DNA from: Okamejei kenojei
Lineage: Eukaryota
Length of the DNA stretch: 64,000 bases
Assembly: GCA_035221665.1 (NCBI GenBank)
Contig: CM069139.1
Location: 71,362,001 to 71,426,000 of the forward strand
Direction of reading: 5' to 3'
Shown in pieces: positions 13,189-25,657 of this stretch; position 1 is the stretch's first letter; each line of letters begins with the position of its first letter. The notes beneath the pieces are model-generated. The model saw only the letters and a program-made list of their open reading frames with translations. It was not told the origin of the DNA and ran no database searches. A program made the translations under genes and the position numbers.

Positions 13189-13420
13189 GATAGACACAAA
13201 ACGCTGGAGTAACTCAGCGGGCCAAGCAGCATCTCCGGAGCGAAGGAATGGGTAATGTTTCGGGTCGAGACCCTTCTTCAGACCAAGTTTGAAGAAGGGT
13301 ATCAACCCGAAACGTCACCCATTCCTCCTCTCCAGAGATGCTGCCTGTCCTGCTGAGTTACTCCAGTATTTTGTGTCTATCTTTGATGTAAACCAGCATC
13401 TGCAATTCTTTCCTACACTA
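13189..13420. mobile_element. Penelope-derived fold-back element with two hammerhead-like cores and 14-bp TSD
   Basis: ~95-bp inverted arms; TSD atcaatatgctgaa at 13175-13188 and 13421-13434. Confidence 0.8.
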
Positions 13421-13856
13421 ATCAATATGCTGAACAGGAGGGGACAGTACTGAGTTAATATTCTACACTGTGGTGTAGAAGGAAAGTGACATAAATCAGA
13501 TTTACTGACATTCATCCGAGTATCCATTTAAATCATTAAAGCAGCAGTGGGTAAACTAGGTGGAGTAACAGTTTCATTGGGGTAGCCCAGACAAAGAAAG
13601 GACTTTGATAGCAGTGTGATTTCTTATTTTCTGCTCCAAATCAGCATGGCATTTCTCTCCACACGTTGGCTCCACAAGAAATTCTCAAAACACTACATTC
13701 TCTCCGAAAGGTTAATGTGCCCAGCAAATAGAACGAATTTTCAACTTCATGTATATTTTCGAATTGTAACAGAATCTTTGTTAATTTAAGAAGAAACAAA
13801 AAGACTGGCATTAAAGTCAAGTAAGCGTATTAAAAAACCCAAGCAAACACTGGTAC

Positions 13857-13889
13857 CTTATGTTAAAATCAAAATGAAAGCTCTTTTTC
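13857..13889 (-). CDS. PACS2: PACS2 alternative microexon (R)KKSFHFDFNI
   Basis: 33 nt, symmetric phase 2-2, ataaag acceptor, gtacc donor. Resembles the RKKHFHFDFTL insert I recall in the long human isoform. Confidence 0.85.
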
Positions 13890-15552
13890 CTTTATTGAAA
13901 GCAACCACAAGAAAACAAAAATCACGTGTTATTACATGGACCAAGCTGCACTCACTAGAGGGTTGGTCAGTACAAGAACTTGTCCCTGCCTTGCTGGATG
14001 CTTACATTCAAGCACTGAAGACGGTCCATGTGCACATTGCAAACAGCTCACATTTTTATTAAGTTCATTATCGCAGAGAGTTAGGCGAGATCCAAGGCAT
14101 GACAAAAACAGAGGAAGAGCTACCAAAAGAATGTACCAAAATTGCATTCAGAACAATTACATTTTCAAATGCCCCCTCTACCTCTTGCTTTTATTTCCAT
14201 TCCTGTTGCCTAATAGAAGCAGTGGCTTGTACAACAGGTTAACGATTGTATATCAAAGATAGACACAAAGTGCCATAGCAGCTCAACGGGATGGACAGCA
14301 TCTCTGGTGAAAAAAGGATAGGTGCCGTTTTGAGTTGGGACCCTCGTTCAGACGGTTGATCAGTACTAGATATATCTATCTGCTGAAATAATGAGACTGG
14401 TGATCTATAAACTGTATATCATGGTCACTGTGAGATTTTAAACACACATGCTGTGCTGGGAGGTGGGATGGAGGAGGGGAGGGCAACTGGACCTGTCTAT
14501 ATTGTCCGAAGTATACGGCTGTTGCCTTTTAACCTGGATCAATTTCCGTCAGGCCGCCAGTGGAATAAGGTCACGCAGGACAGATGGGTGGAGAAAACTA
14601 AGATATTAAAAACTCTCTGAATACAGCTAAATACATCAGATTTTTTTGAACCGTCTGAAATTTTCCTTCACCCCCAATCACCCCAACCCCCCTCCCCCCC
14701 CAAACCCTCCCTCTATTCTAAATCATCCTTACAATTTTCCTTTTTGGTGAAGCCTTACTCTTTTGGTTTTGTTCGATATGCTCATGTTAAGTTTCCTGAA
14801 GCTTTTGATATATTGGAGGTGCAATTCAGAGCAGGTTGTAAAAATATTCGGCTCTAACAACGTGGGAGTTATTAGTGGAGACGAGCAAGTTAGCATTTTG
14901 AAGCAGCTTCAATTTCACTTTTTTTTAATGCTTCACTTTATGAAACCAATGCATTACCTCTTGACATGCTTGTAATTGATTCAGAATTAGGTATATGGGT
15001 TTGCTGCCAAGATTCTGCTACAAACCAATGAATGCAGCAAACAGAACGTTCATTGCAGACACAGCAAAATATTAGGTAGGAAGTCTACCTTAACTTCAAG
15101 CTCCTGTTATTTTTTTTCCTAGCTGTTTTGACATATCGTGCTTCAGTTACACTTAATTGACAAAACAGTTGTAAAGAACATGTGCAACATTGCACAATAA
15201 CTGCCAACAGGAAGGGTCATTGGAATTATAAAATATCACAAACACAAATTTGGTGAACCTTAAATATCATGATCCCAGGTTAACATAACATGACTTCATC
15301 ATCGGACTGTGAGGATGCTCGTATCACATACCTCTCTGTATTGCTAGTATCACATACCTCTCTGTATTTGGGGCTATTCTTGAAGAATTGACACCAGAAT
15401 GGAGAGCAGACTTTTGGGAGACGTCTTCATTAACAATTAGACAATCATTAACAATTTAAATTTTATTTTAGCGCTGTTTATCAATGATCAGACAAAAAAG
15501 CTTGTAATATAGTCGTATTTGTTTTTTTTGTATGTATTTTTTGCAAACCATC

Positions 15553-15960
15553 ATGCAAACCAACCTCCCTTTCATTGACACCACCTACACTTCACGGTGC
15601 CTTGGCAAGGCCACCAGCATACCAAGGATTTTGCTCTCTCTTCTTCCCGTCTCGCATCAGGCAAGAGGTACAGAAGTGTGAAAACCCACTCCTCCAGATT
15701 CAGTGACGGTTTCATACCAGCTGTTATCGGGCAACTGAACCATCCTATCACCAACTAGAGAGTGGCCTTGACCTACCATCTACCGCACTGGAGACACTCG
15801 GATTATCTTTAATTGGACTTTACTGGACTTTATTTTGCACTAATCATTATTTCCTTAATCCTTACCTGTGCACCATGGACTTGATTGAAATCAAGTATAG
15901 TCTTTCCGCTGACTGCATATTTTCACTGTACCTCGGTACATATGACAATAAACTAAACTG
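15553..15960 (+). mobile_element. Rex1/Babar-type LINE 3' fragment
   Basis: SGKRYRSVKTHSSRFSDGFIPAVIGQLN-like C-terminus and a tttcactgtacctcggtaca...caataaac tail. Confidence 0.7.
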
Positions 15961-16289
15961 TTGTGGTTATTCGTTTATTGCAATTTGGCTATATATTTTA
16001 TATGTGTATTATGTTTACCCGGCTGTTATGATGTTGCAAGAAAGAATTTCATTGTTCCATTGTTTGTACATATGGCAATTAAACACTCTTGCACTAAGCT
16101 TAGCTGTTGAAAGGAACTGACATAAAGAAATGAAAGGAAAGATATGGGCATCTCTTTATTCTTACTTTCACCCAACATTCAGAAATCGATGCCCGTGCCA
16201 ACACAAGAATTAATAACCATGCGGATGATGTTAATCTAAGTCCTTTACAATATTGATGAAAATGAAAAAAAAAAATTATTGGAAGTCGT

Positions 16290-17195
16290 AAATATAGAAA
16301 ATGCTTAAAAAAATACAGCTAACAGGTCAGTCCGCAGCTGCAGAAGAAGAAACAGAGTTAACATTTCAGGTCAAAGACTCTTTCTTCAGAACCAGGAAAG
16401 AAGGAAAACAACTTAGTTTAAAATTACAGATAGGTCTGAGAAGGACAGGATAAAAAAGGAATTATCTTCATTGGTGCGAGGTAAACTGTTAATGCACCTG
16501 ATTCATGGATTTATGAGGGCAGTTACATTGGAGAAACCAAACATACACCAGCTGACATTATGTGGAGAAACTGTATTCAGTCACCAAGCTGACCCTACTT
16601 TGATACTCAATCCCGCACCCACTTGTGTCCAACCTGTCTGTGGTGAGGATACATAATGAGGCCCAGTGTACACTTGAGAGTAAATAATTAATTTTCCGTC
16701 TGAATATATTGCTGCTTTGAGACTCGAAACCAAATTTTCCAGCTTCGGGTAACTCACTCCCATTGTTTGTTTCAGAACAGGCCAATTCTGCCAGATGCCA
16801 TCCATCTGTAATATCTGCTGGGTTTTTTTTCCTCTCTCCATTAATATGATCTGACCCGCTTAACAGTCATATAGCTCTGCATTTCACAGCTTTTACATTC
16901 TTTTGATTGTATTTTCTCTTATTTCCCTCATCTACCAGACTTCAAATTTCTTTGTTAATGCTATCTCTAAAGGTCCTCAATAATTCATCAACCAGATTAC
17001 TTCATCAACATCTTAATTCCGTAGCAAACTTGACCTTATCTTATGAAAGAGATTCACTTTGTCCTATCTATCGCACCATTATGTCACTGCAATTTGAAAC
17101 ACATTTTCTCTCATTCCCAGTTCTGACAAAGGAGTTAAATGTGAAATGTTAACTTTATTTCACTTCCTTAGCTGCTGCTTAACTCACTGAGTTTT
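16290..17195. mobile_element. Older Penelope-derived element (second subfamily) with inverted ends
   Basis: gttaacatttcaggtc...ttcagaac at ~16357-16391 is inverted relative to gttctgac...gaaatgttaac at ~17120-17153. Confidence 0.55.
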
Positions 17196-17961
17196 TTTCC
17201 AACTTTTATTTTATTATTTTATTTTATATTTAAATCACTTAATAAAACCTACTGGTATGCTGTTGCTATGTTACTCTGGCACCTTTATACATTGTTACTC
17301 TGGCTCCTTTATACATTGGCCCTTCATAACAAGTCCCATCAACACCCTGAAGCTAAGGATTACAATCCAACAACTTGTGAGGGAGTGCATCTACTTGTGA
17401 CAAAAATATTAGAGGAAAAAAATTGCAACGTTAACCATTATTCTGACTTTTGAATGGTTTATTTTCTGCAAGGGTGTTCCAGTGTCCAGATATTTTTATT
17501 GTTCAGTACTACTGTCATGTTAGTTTACACCCACATGTACATCTAAGCCAAAGGGATGCAGATTAGCAGCTGTCGAGAACACCTGAGGTGCATGCCAAGG
17601 TAAAATACTCCACCACATGTGATACAATGTACAATGAAAAAAAGCAACCAGTCTGGCAATGTTTGCTTTTTTATATTAATATTTCACCAAAGTAAGAAAA
17701 ATGCCATGAGAGCAAAGGATCAGTCTTGGCCAAAAAAGTGCAACGTTTTTATGATACAACGTAGAAGTTTCATAATATTGTCATAGATGTTGGCATTTCT
17801 TCAGCTCCCATTTTGATAAAAGCCAAGAAAACTGTCCATTGCTGTCACAGCATCCTGTATTCTGAAGACGCTTAGTGCATCACCTCGTTATAGATTGCGT
17901 AAATTCTGCAGAAAGTTCAAAAATGAAACCCATCGACATGATATGAAAATAACAACTGTAC

Positions 17962-18070
17962 CTTTTCTGCTTGTATGTTAGCATAGCTTCTGCTATCGGT
18001 AATTGGTGGGCAATGTTTGCACTAGAGATGTACTGGGTAACTCTGGAAACAACGTCTGGTATTTCCTGCA
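17962..18070 (-). CDS. PACS2: PACS2 exon (V)[35 protein letters not shown]
   Basis: ttccag acceptor, gtacag donor; 109 nt, phase 1-2. Confidence 0.95.
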
Positions 18071-18827
18071 CTGGAATTAGACACAATTAACAGGTTAGAC
18101 ATGGCATTCGATCAGTTATCAAGACTGCCTTTCTCACCAAAGCCGAGATGCATTCAGAAAACAAATTGAACCAAAATTGAAATAAAAAAGTAAATTAACT
18201 TTGGTCAGAGATTCGCCATACCACCTTTCAATGCCACCATGCATGTTGATGCAGTGCAAAAGAAAATAGGGACATGCAATTAAAAGGAATAGTTTTCATT
18301 ACAACTTGATGACAGTGGCTGTTGTAATGTAGGAAGCATGGCAATCAATTTGACCGGAGCAAGTTCCTACAACCAGCCATGAAAGGAATGAGTAGGTAAT
18401 CTACTCTAGGTTTGTTGGTTGAGGGATAAATATTAGCCATGGAACTTGAGAGAAACATTTCTGGTTTTCTATGCGTGGTGCTGCTGGATTTATTTATTTT
18501 TTTAAATCTATCCAGCTGAAACCAGGCAGAACCTTGTAAAGATAACATAGCACCTCACCCACTGTAGCACTGGAGCATCGGCCTAGACTGTTTACTCCAG
18601 AGAACCACTTGAACACACAACCAGAGTCACAAGGAGAATGTACTGCAGAGGCACAGATCAGTTGTTATTTTTTTTGATTGGCAAACTATCCCTCAATTCT
18701 TGATCTTCTTACTAGAAAGACATGCCCATATTTTCTATTTGCTTTTGACAAGTTATCTTTAAATTCACCTATAATAAACTGAATGCTGAGCAAGAGGCCC
18801 AGGCTACAAAAGCAACTCTGATCCCCT

Positions 18828-19640
18828 GAGTGTGTGAGGGAGTGAGAGAGTGAGTGAGATAGTGAGTAATAGGGAGAGTGAGAGGGAATGAGTGTGGGTG
18901 AGAGGGGGGAGTGTGGGAGGGAGGGAGGAGTGTGGGAGAGGGAGGAGTGTGGGAGAGAGGGAGTGTGGGAGAGAGGGAGTGTGGGAGAGAGGGAGTGTGG
19001 GAGAGAGGGAGTGTGGGAGAGAGGGAGTGTGGGAGAGAGGGAGGAGTGTGGGAGAGAGGGAGTGTGGGAGAGGGAGGAGTGTGGGAGAGAGGGAAAGGAA
19101 GAGAGAGAGTGGGAGAGAGAGCGTGGGATGGAGTGGGAGAGAGAGCGTGGGATGGAGTGGGGGAGAGGGGGAGTGGGGGAGAGAGGGAGTGGGGGAGAGA
19201 GGGAGTGGGGGAGAGAGGGAGTGGGGGAGAGAGGGAGTGGGGGAGAGAGGGAGTGGGGGAGAGAGGGAGTGGGGGAGAGAGGGAGTGGGGGAGAGAGGGA
19301 GTGGGGGAGAGAGGGAGTGGGGGAGAGAGGGAGTGGGGGAGAGAGGGAGTGGGGGAGAGAGAGGGAGTGGGGGAGAGAGGGAGTGGGGGAGAGAGGGAGT
19401 GGGGGAGAGAGGGAGTGGGGGAGAGAGGGAGTGGGGGAGAGAGGGAGTGGGAGAGAGGGAGTGGGAGAGAGGGAGTGGGAGAGAGGGAGTGAGAGTGAGT
19501 GAGTGAGCGAGTGTGTGAGCGAGTGTGAGTGCGAGTGTGTGCGTGAGTGCGAATGTGTGAGTGAGCTTGAGTGCGTGAGAGAGCGAGTGCGTGAGAGAAT
19601 GAAAGCACGAGCAAGCGCGAGAAAGCACGAGCTAGCGCAA
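18828..19640 (+). repeat. G/A-rich minisatellite, mainly 16-nt units GGGAGAGAGGGAGTG(G/T), grading into (GAGT)n/(GCGA)n
   Basis: Directly visible tandem array; it explains the six low-complexity ORFs here. Confidence 0.97.
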
Positions 19641-19648
19641 GCATTTAA

Positions 19649-20070
19649 CCATATAACCATATAACAATTACAGCACGGAAACAGGCCCTCTCGGCCCTTC
19701 CAGTCCATGCCGACCATTTGTTTTCCCCTAGTCCCATCTACCTGCACTCAGACCATACCCCTCCATTCCCTTCACGTCCATATACCTATCCACTTTACTT
19801 TTAAATGTTAAAATCGATCCTGCCTGCACCACTTCTGCTGGAAGCTCATTCCACACAGCCACCACCCTCTGAGTAAAGAAGTTCCCCCTCACGTTACCCC
19901 TAAACTTTTGTCCCTTAATTCTCATGTCATGCCCTCTTGTTTGAATCTTCCCTACCCTCAATGGGAAAAGCTTATCCACGTCAACTCTGTCAATCCCTTT
20001 CATCATTTTAAAGACCTCAATCAAGTCCCCCCTTAACCTTCTGCGCTCCAAAGAATAAAGACCTAACTTG
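19649..20070 (-). mobile_element. CR1 LINE 3' end, relatively young
   Basis: Uninterrupted frame ERRRLRGDLIEVFKMMKG...FFTQRVVAVWNELP...; ccatataa repeat tail. Confidence 0.9.
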
Positions 20071-21054
20071 TTCTATTTAACTTTAAACATTTATATTGGG
20101 TGTAGTATGTGAGTTACAGCTTTCGAAAAAGATTTTCACAAAGTATTGAAATTTAATGGGAGATTAGGTAATCTGATGTAAAATAGTCTCATTATAGAAA
20201 TACAGATATTATGTCTTAAAGTGTGACCGCCATTATCACTGAAGCTTAACAGCAAGTAATATAGATAGGCATTTCACTTAGAAATCATTAGCATAAAACC
20301 ATAAGGACAGTTAAGGGATTTTTAATATCATGTAAACTTTGAAAGCTAAGAAGCAGAACAGATCATTTCATTTGTTTAAAAAGTTATGCCGAATAGTTCA
20401 AAAAGTAGCTTCCATTGATTTATTGGTAACAAATTTAAACATCACATTAAATAGAAATTGACAAAATAATAAATGTTATTATTTAACATCTTCATTAAGG
20501 AAAAAGCATTGTTGAAAAACGTTATTCAAAGTGCAACTTAATGCCATGACGGGAGATTTGATGCACTATATATAGGATTGAGCAAAGATTGGTCAATTAA
20601 TTTGTAGATTGATATGGCCCAGCGGTAACATTCGTTATCGAATTGTAGTTATGAGTTAAGTGCCATTCTGGATACTGGAGTACAAAATCTAAGCTGGAAC
20701 TTCAGAGCAGCACTAATGAAGTTTTCACCATCTAAAGAGCTTCATTGACATTTGTACGAGGCTCTCGCAGGTGGACACAGTGTTTCAAAGCACCACTTTA
20801 AAGAAGAAAAAGGAACCTCAATTATTTAAGCCATAAGATTGGTCATTCTTCTTGTCACTGCTACATAAATGGAAATTATTCTCTCTTTTATGCTTGATGA
20901 CTTCTCAAATACAATCTGTGGACAACATCTCCAATGTTAAGATTACCATTTTAAACCAAGAAACTAACTAAACACACTTAACATTACATTGTAATTTAAA
21001 GTAGCCCAATTTAAGAAATGGGACGATTGCAATGCAAAATTACATGTTCCTTGT

Positions 21055-21329
21055 TGGACACAAAATGCTGGAGTAACTGAGCAGGACAGGCAGCATCTCT
21101 GGAGAGAAGGAATGGGTGACGTTTCGGGTCGAGACCCTTTGTAAGACTGTAGACTTCAGACTGGTGCAGTCAGCAAGTCCAAGCAGTTTCACAGGCTGAA
21201 GTATATAGAAGGGTCTCACCCCAAGCGTCACCCATTCCTTCTCTCCAGAGACGCTGCTTGTCCTGCTCAGTTACTCCAGCATTTTGTGTATCTTTGGTTT
21301 ACACCAGCATCTGCAGTTCCTTCCTACAC
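21055..21329. mobile_element. Penelope-derived fold-back element next to the donor of exon 21346-21456
   Basis: Inverted acacaaaatgctggagtaactgagcaggac arms. Confidence 0.8.
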
Positions 21330-21345
21330 TTTGCATAGTCCTTAC

Positions 21346-21456
21346 CTATGGAAGGGGCCTCGGTTTTGGTGAAAAAATCCTGCCAGGCTGCATCCTGGAA
21401 AAAAATGTTGTATCTGTAATCGATGGAGCTGAGGTATTTGGCTACAGGATGAGAAC
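21346..21456 (-). CDS. PACS2: PACS2 exon (G)[36 protein letters not shown]
   Basis: ctctag acceptor, gtaagg donor; 111 nt, phase 1-1. Confidence 0.95.
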
Positions 21457-22699
21457 CTAGAGAGAAGGAAGTGTGAGTGCATCAATATTTTGAACATAAA
21501 AATAGTAGTTTTACAATTTGTTGCTTATTTTTATTTTGCATTTTTAAGAGAAACTATCAATTGCAGCGAAGTTTTTTTTTTCCTGGCTTCCAAATTTAAC
21601 TTCATCTTCTTCTGAAACAAATATTGAACTTCATGGAATCATAGAATTTCATTTGAGGCTAATCAGCCCTCAGCGTGCAAGTGAGCTACTTCATAAAGGA
21701 GCTTCGTAAAAACGTTGAACGGCCGTCGCTTTCTCCATAGCCGCACGCATTTCCTGTTTAATTTCCTAGTTTTGGTTCACTGCCGCAGGTGGCCAAGAGC
21801 AAAATCCACAAAGTTGTCAGGTTCAGCCAAGCAAGTCCGAGCAGTTTTACAGGCAGTGGGAGACCCAGCAGCTATCCGTCAAGACAGCAGGGACTCTTGG
21901 CAGCTGTTGTTGAGACTGCAGGGGGAAACAAAAACAACCGAAGACAGAGGAGGAATCCACGGCTACCAAGAATAGGGTGGCAGTTTTATAGAAGCTGTTC
22001 TATGCATTTCCCCATCTACCCGTCTTGTTTCACTCAAACCAACATCATATCAGCAAGTGCTTCCTTACACGTTCCCAGTCATATTTTTAAGTGGATTAAG
22101 GAGATACTATCCAGCAAACTAATTAAGTTCACAAGAATCAACCTGGAGCTTTTGCAAAAACAAACAGATGTTCCAGGTCCTTGGGAATTTTCTGCAAAAC
22201 CATCACATAGCACCTCATTTGGAATTCTACATTGGTGGCCTACAGCACAACAGATGGCAGACACCAAGATAGAAATTCAAATCGTATCCCCACAGTGCTA
22301 AAGTGATACTTTCAACATCTATGGGAAAATATTCACTAAAATATTATTCACTAAAATATACTTTGCCCACTTATAGACGCAATCATAATAATTGCTGCAT
22401 TAACTACAATGCTACTGCATTATTTTTGAAAAACTATTTTCGGTGTCTCTAATTTCTGTTTAGTTTTTAATCAAAAGAAGCAATAAGCTGATGGAGCACA
22501 GGCAAATAATTTATCTCTCCATAGCAAACTATACTGCTCATGAGTTGGACAGCAGGAGGTAGCAACACCATTCAAAGGGGAATATCCATAACATTTGGTC
22601 TTTAACTTCACAGGCACCATCAAACAGAGGCTTATTGCTGCCAAGAATGACAAGGGCCAGATCACAAACAGTCTTCTCTTGTGAAGTGCTGAAAGCCAA

Positions 22700-23535
22700 T
22701 GCGCTGATGTGTGCACCTACCATCACCCGACTCCAACAGTAAATGTCAAACCATCTTTGCTTCTCTGACACCGACCTCAACTTCTCCGGAATTATTCATC
22801 AAATCCAACTTTCCAAACCCACACCCCTCCCTCCTGTCAACCCCCTGTTACCCTATGCCATCTCGGCAAACCTCTCCCTCCTTCCCAAGATCCACACACA
22901 GGTTTGCTATGGCAGGACCATTATTCCACTCTGTTCTTGCCTCCATGGAAAGAATTTCCTCCTAACTTGATTTTTATTTTCTCTTGTTCAATCTTTTCTC
23001 AATTAATCTAATGTCAACAATACCATTTTGCTGGCCCCAATTGTCTCATTTTCGCCTCTGATGTCTGATCTCTTTATGGCTCTATTCCTCACTGGGATGG
23101 ACTGAGAATGTTCCAAGTTGTTTAGTTTCGAGTTACAGCATGGAAATTGGCTCTTCAGCCCTCCTCCTCCTCCTCGTACAATATCTTTTGTCACATCATC
23201 TCTCCTGCCTTTTACCCACATCCTTTCATATTTCCTCTATCTTTGCTTAAAAACTATTACAACACTTAAAAGTTTTCCTTCTGATAAATGGACATTAACC
23301 GTTAAAAGTTGCCTACTGGATAGAATTTGCCTGATGAGTATTTCCAGTATTTTCTCTTATTACCAACCCAGATTTGATCTTGACCTCGGCTCAAAATATT
23401 TTCTGAAGAAGGGTCTTGACCTGAAACGTCACCCTTTCCTTCTCTCCAGAGATGCTGCCTGTCCCGCTGAGTTACTCCAGCCTGTTTTGGGTCTATCTTT
23501 GGTTTAAACCAGCATCTGCAGTTCTTTCTTTCACA
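22700..23535 (+). mobile_element. Penelope-like RT remnant followed by terminal-repeat copies
   Basis: LLPKIHTQVCYGRTIIPLCSC resembles the PLE RT motif LPKIHK...GRPIVS; family terminus at 23401-23535. Confidence 0.65.
23403..23430 (+). ncRNA. Minimal hammerhead-ribozyme-like core in a PLE terminus
   Basis: CTGAAGA-A-GGGTC-TT-GACCT-GAAA-C-GTC fits CUGANGA / stem II / GAAA / GUC. Stem I is only ~2 bp and activity is untested. Confidence 0.5.
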
Positions 23536-23621
23536 ACTCTTCATCCAAAATAGTATTTTTGGACAACGTGAAATATTGCATTAGCGAACTTCCAATATTT
23601 TTAGTTGTAACATGAACATAC

Positions 23622-23776
23622 CAAGAGGAATAATGAGAAACCTCATGTAGCCAAGCCAGTCAGGTGTCTTGTGCGACAGGTGCTCCACAAAGAGCCGTAG
23701 AATAGCGCTCAGGAAGTGTTGGGCTCCTGCCACAGTCACTTTAATGGGATTTGGAGTTTGGGAGTTACAGTTACAG
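23622..23776 (-). CDS. PACS2: PACS2 exon [51 protein letters not shown]
   Basis: tttcag acceptor, gtatgt donor; 155 nt, phase 2-1. Confidence 0.95.
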
Positions 23777-25532
23777 CTGAAAGCAAACAGGAGAATTAGT
23801 GTTTACAAAAAAATAATGCAACCTTAACAAAAGTCAGTACGCAGTACAAGTTTTTTTTGTACCTTTTGTTTTGTAATAAAGTAACTTTGACGGCACCAGA
23901 AATCTGGCGACTCTTGTGTACTGCCTAGGTGAGCTGTGCTGTATGATTTTGCCAGGTTCTATTCAGTGCAAAGCATTTCACTGGACCCAAGTGCATGTGG
24001 CAATACTGTATCATTGAATTGAATCATTGAATTTTAATAATAACATGTTTAAACTCATTTTATGGGCACTGTCAAACGAAATTTGCCATTGAGGCACTGA
24101 CAGTGGGATTAAGGGAAATCATGCGATCATGGAAACAGTGAACAAGCGAAGCCCTTTGACCAGGCATGTTCTGCTGACTTTGTGAAAGAGCAATCATGCT
24201 CACATTCTTTCTTTGCCTCAACAAACCTTCAAGTTCTCTGTTCCTCTGTTCCTCTCCACTCCCTTGCAACATTTATGGAACACTATTTGGAAAAAGGCGC
24301 AGTAGTGATAGAAACCACCTCTTCATATCTTTACCGATGGTCCTAGGGTATGATTTTTGTTTTGCTACTCCAACAAATCCCATCTTAAAAACGTCACTGC
24401 TAGCTTGTCTCTTTGTTCCAGGAATTATAATCCTAGTTTTTCCAACTTCACCTCCGAAATAAAATTTCTCATAATTGCCATTTTTTCATCTTGGTGCCCA
24501 GGATACTCTATAATACTCCAACAAAGGTATGGCAAGTGATTTATAAAGTTCAAGTACGATGCTTTTGCTTTTATTTTCACATTTATAAACCATTTATCAA
24601 CTTGACAATCCATCTTCAAGCTTTTGATTATATACAAAGTCTATGATCTGTACTCGAATAAACTTTATACACCTGCCATTTGTCATACATTTCCACTCGC
24701 ATCCTCCCAAAACGCAGGATTCTTCACTATTTACCAGCACTGAATGCTGTCTGCCCATGTCATTCTGAAACCTTTAATTATCCTCATCACTATCTACTAC
24801 CTAGCCAGGTTTCATACACCAGAGTACTAGCCATATCTCAACTTTCCAAACCAAAATGTACCACAAATTATTGCAAATCTAGTATCTGGTTACTAAGCTA
24901 ATTATATTTAACAGTATCGCTTTAAATCCCCTCAATTTCACATTTCTCTTTCATTACTCCTTTTGAATATCTTCAGAACGTTCTCATAAACATTATCAGT
25001 GTTATGATGTTCATCTGTCATGTCAAGGAGTTATATCATCAGGTTAGTCAGATACAAGTTCCCAACTTCAAATCTATACCCCTCGATTAACCCGATTTCT
25101 CCAAATGAAAATTAGGTCTCTGCTTTCTGCTATTTTCCCAACATTGGGTGGCTTGTAGTTTCCATATTTATCCCTCTCCTCTTTGACTATTACCAACCCA
25201 GCATCGTTACCCAAAGATTAAAAGACCACTATCTTTGCCATATCTTTCTTCACTTATTTTGGCAATCATGGATTGGTGAATTACCAATTTTTAATTCTAA
25301 TCTTTGTTAGACGACTTGAAGCTCGGTCAGAGTGATAGAGTGTAAACACCTTCTAGCACAAAACGCTTTTGTTGATAAAGACACAGTTGCCAATGGTTGA
25401 ACAATTCATCCAAGGGCGTGAAAGAAGGTATCATTGGAGGACCAAAGATATCCTGAGAAAGTTGCAGGCTGGGAGAGATTAGTGATAAGGAGAGATATGG
25501 GCATGCAAGGGTGAGCATTCTAAAATTAAGAT

Positions 25533-25657
25533 GTTTAAGAAGGAACTGCTGATGCTGGAAAATCAAAGGTAGACAAAAGTGCTGGAGAAACTCAGCGGGT
25601 GCGGCAGCATCTAAGGAGTGAAGGAAATAAGCACAAAAGTGCTGGAGAAACTCAGCC
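25533..25657 (-). mobile_element. Short PLE terminal fragment with 11-bp TSD
   Basis: gaaggaactgctgatgctgg...gctggagaaactcagcggg; TSD aaaattaagat on both sides. Confidence 0.7.

Noticed and set aside
14759-14795. AG/GT-flanked 37-nt pseudo-exon with a gtaagg donor
   Set aside because: Not a multiple of 3, poor pyrimidine tract, no homology.
18686-19747. Six long ORFs (193-353 aa) rich in P/L/S/H or G/E/R/W
   Set aside because: They are translations of the minisatellite, which lacks stop codons in all frames.
21715-22301. Plus-strand ORFs of 86 and 170 aa antisense to PACS2
   Set aside because: Non-ATG starts and no recognisable domain; probably a chance frame or a repeat relic.
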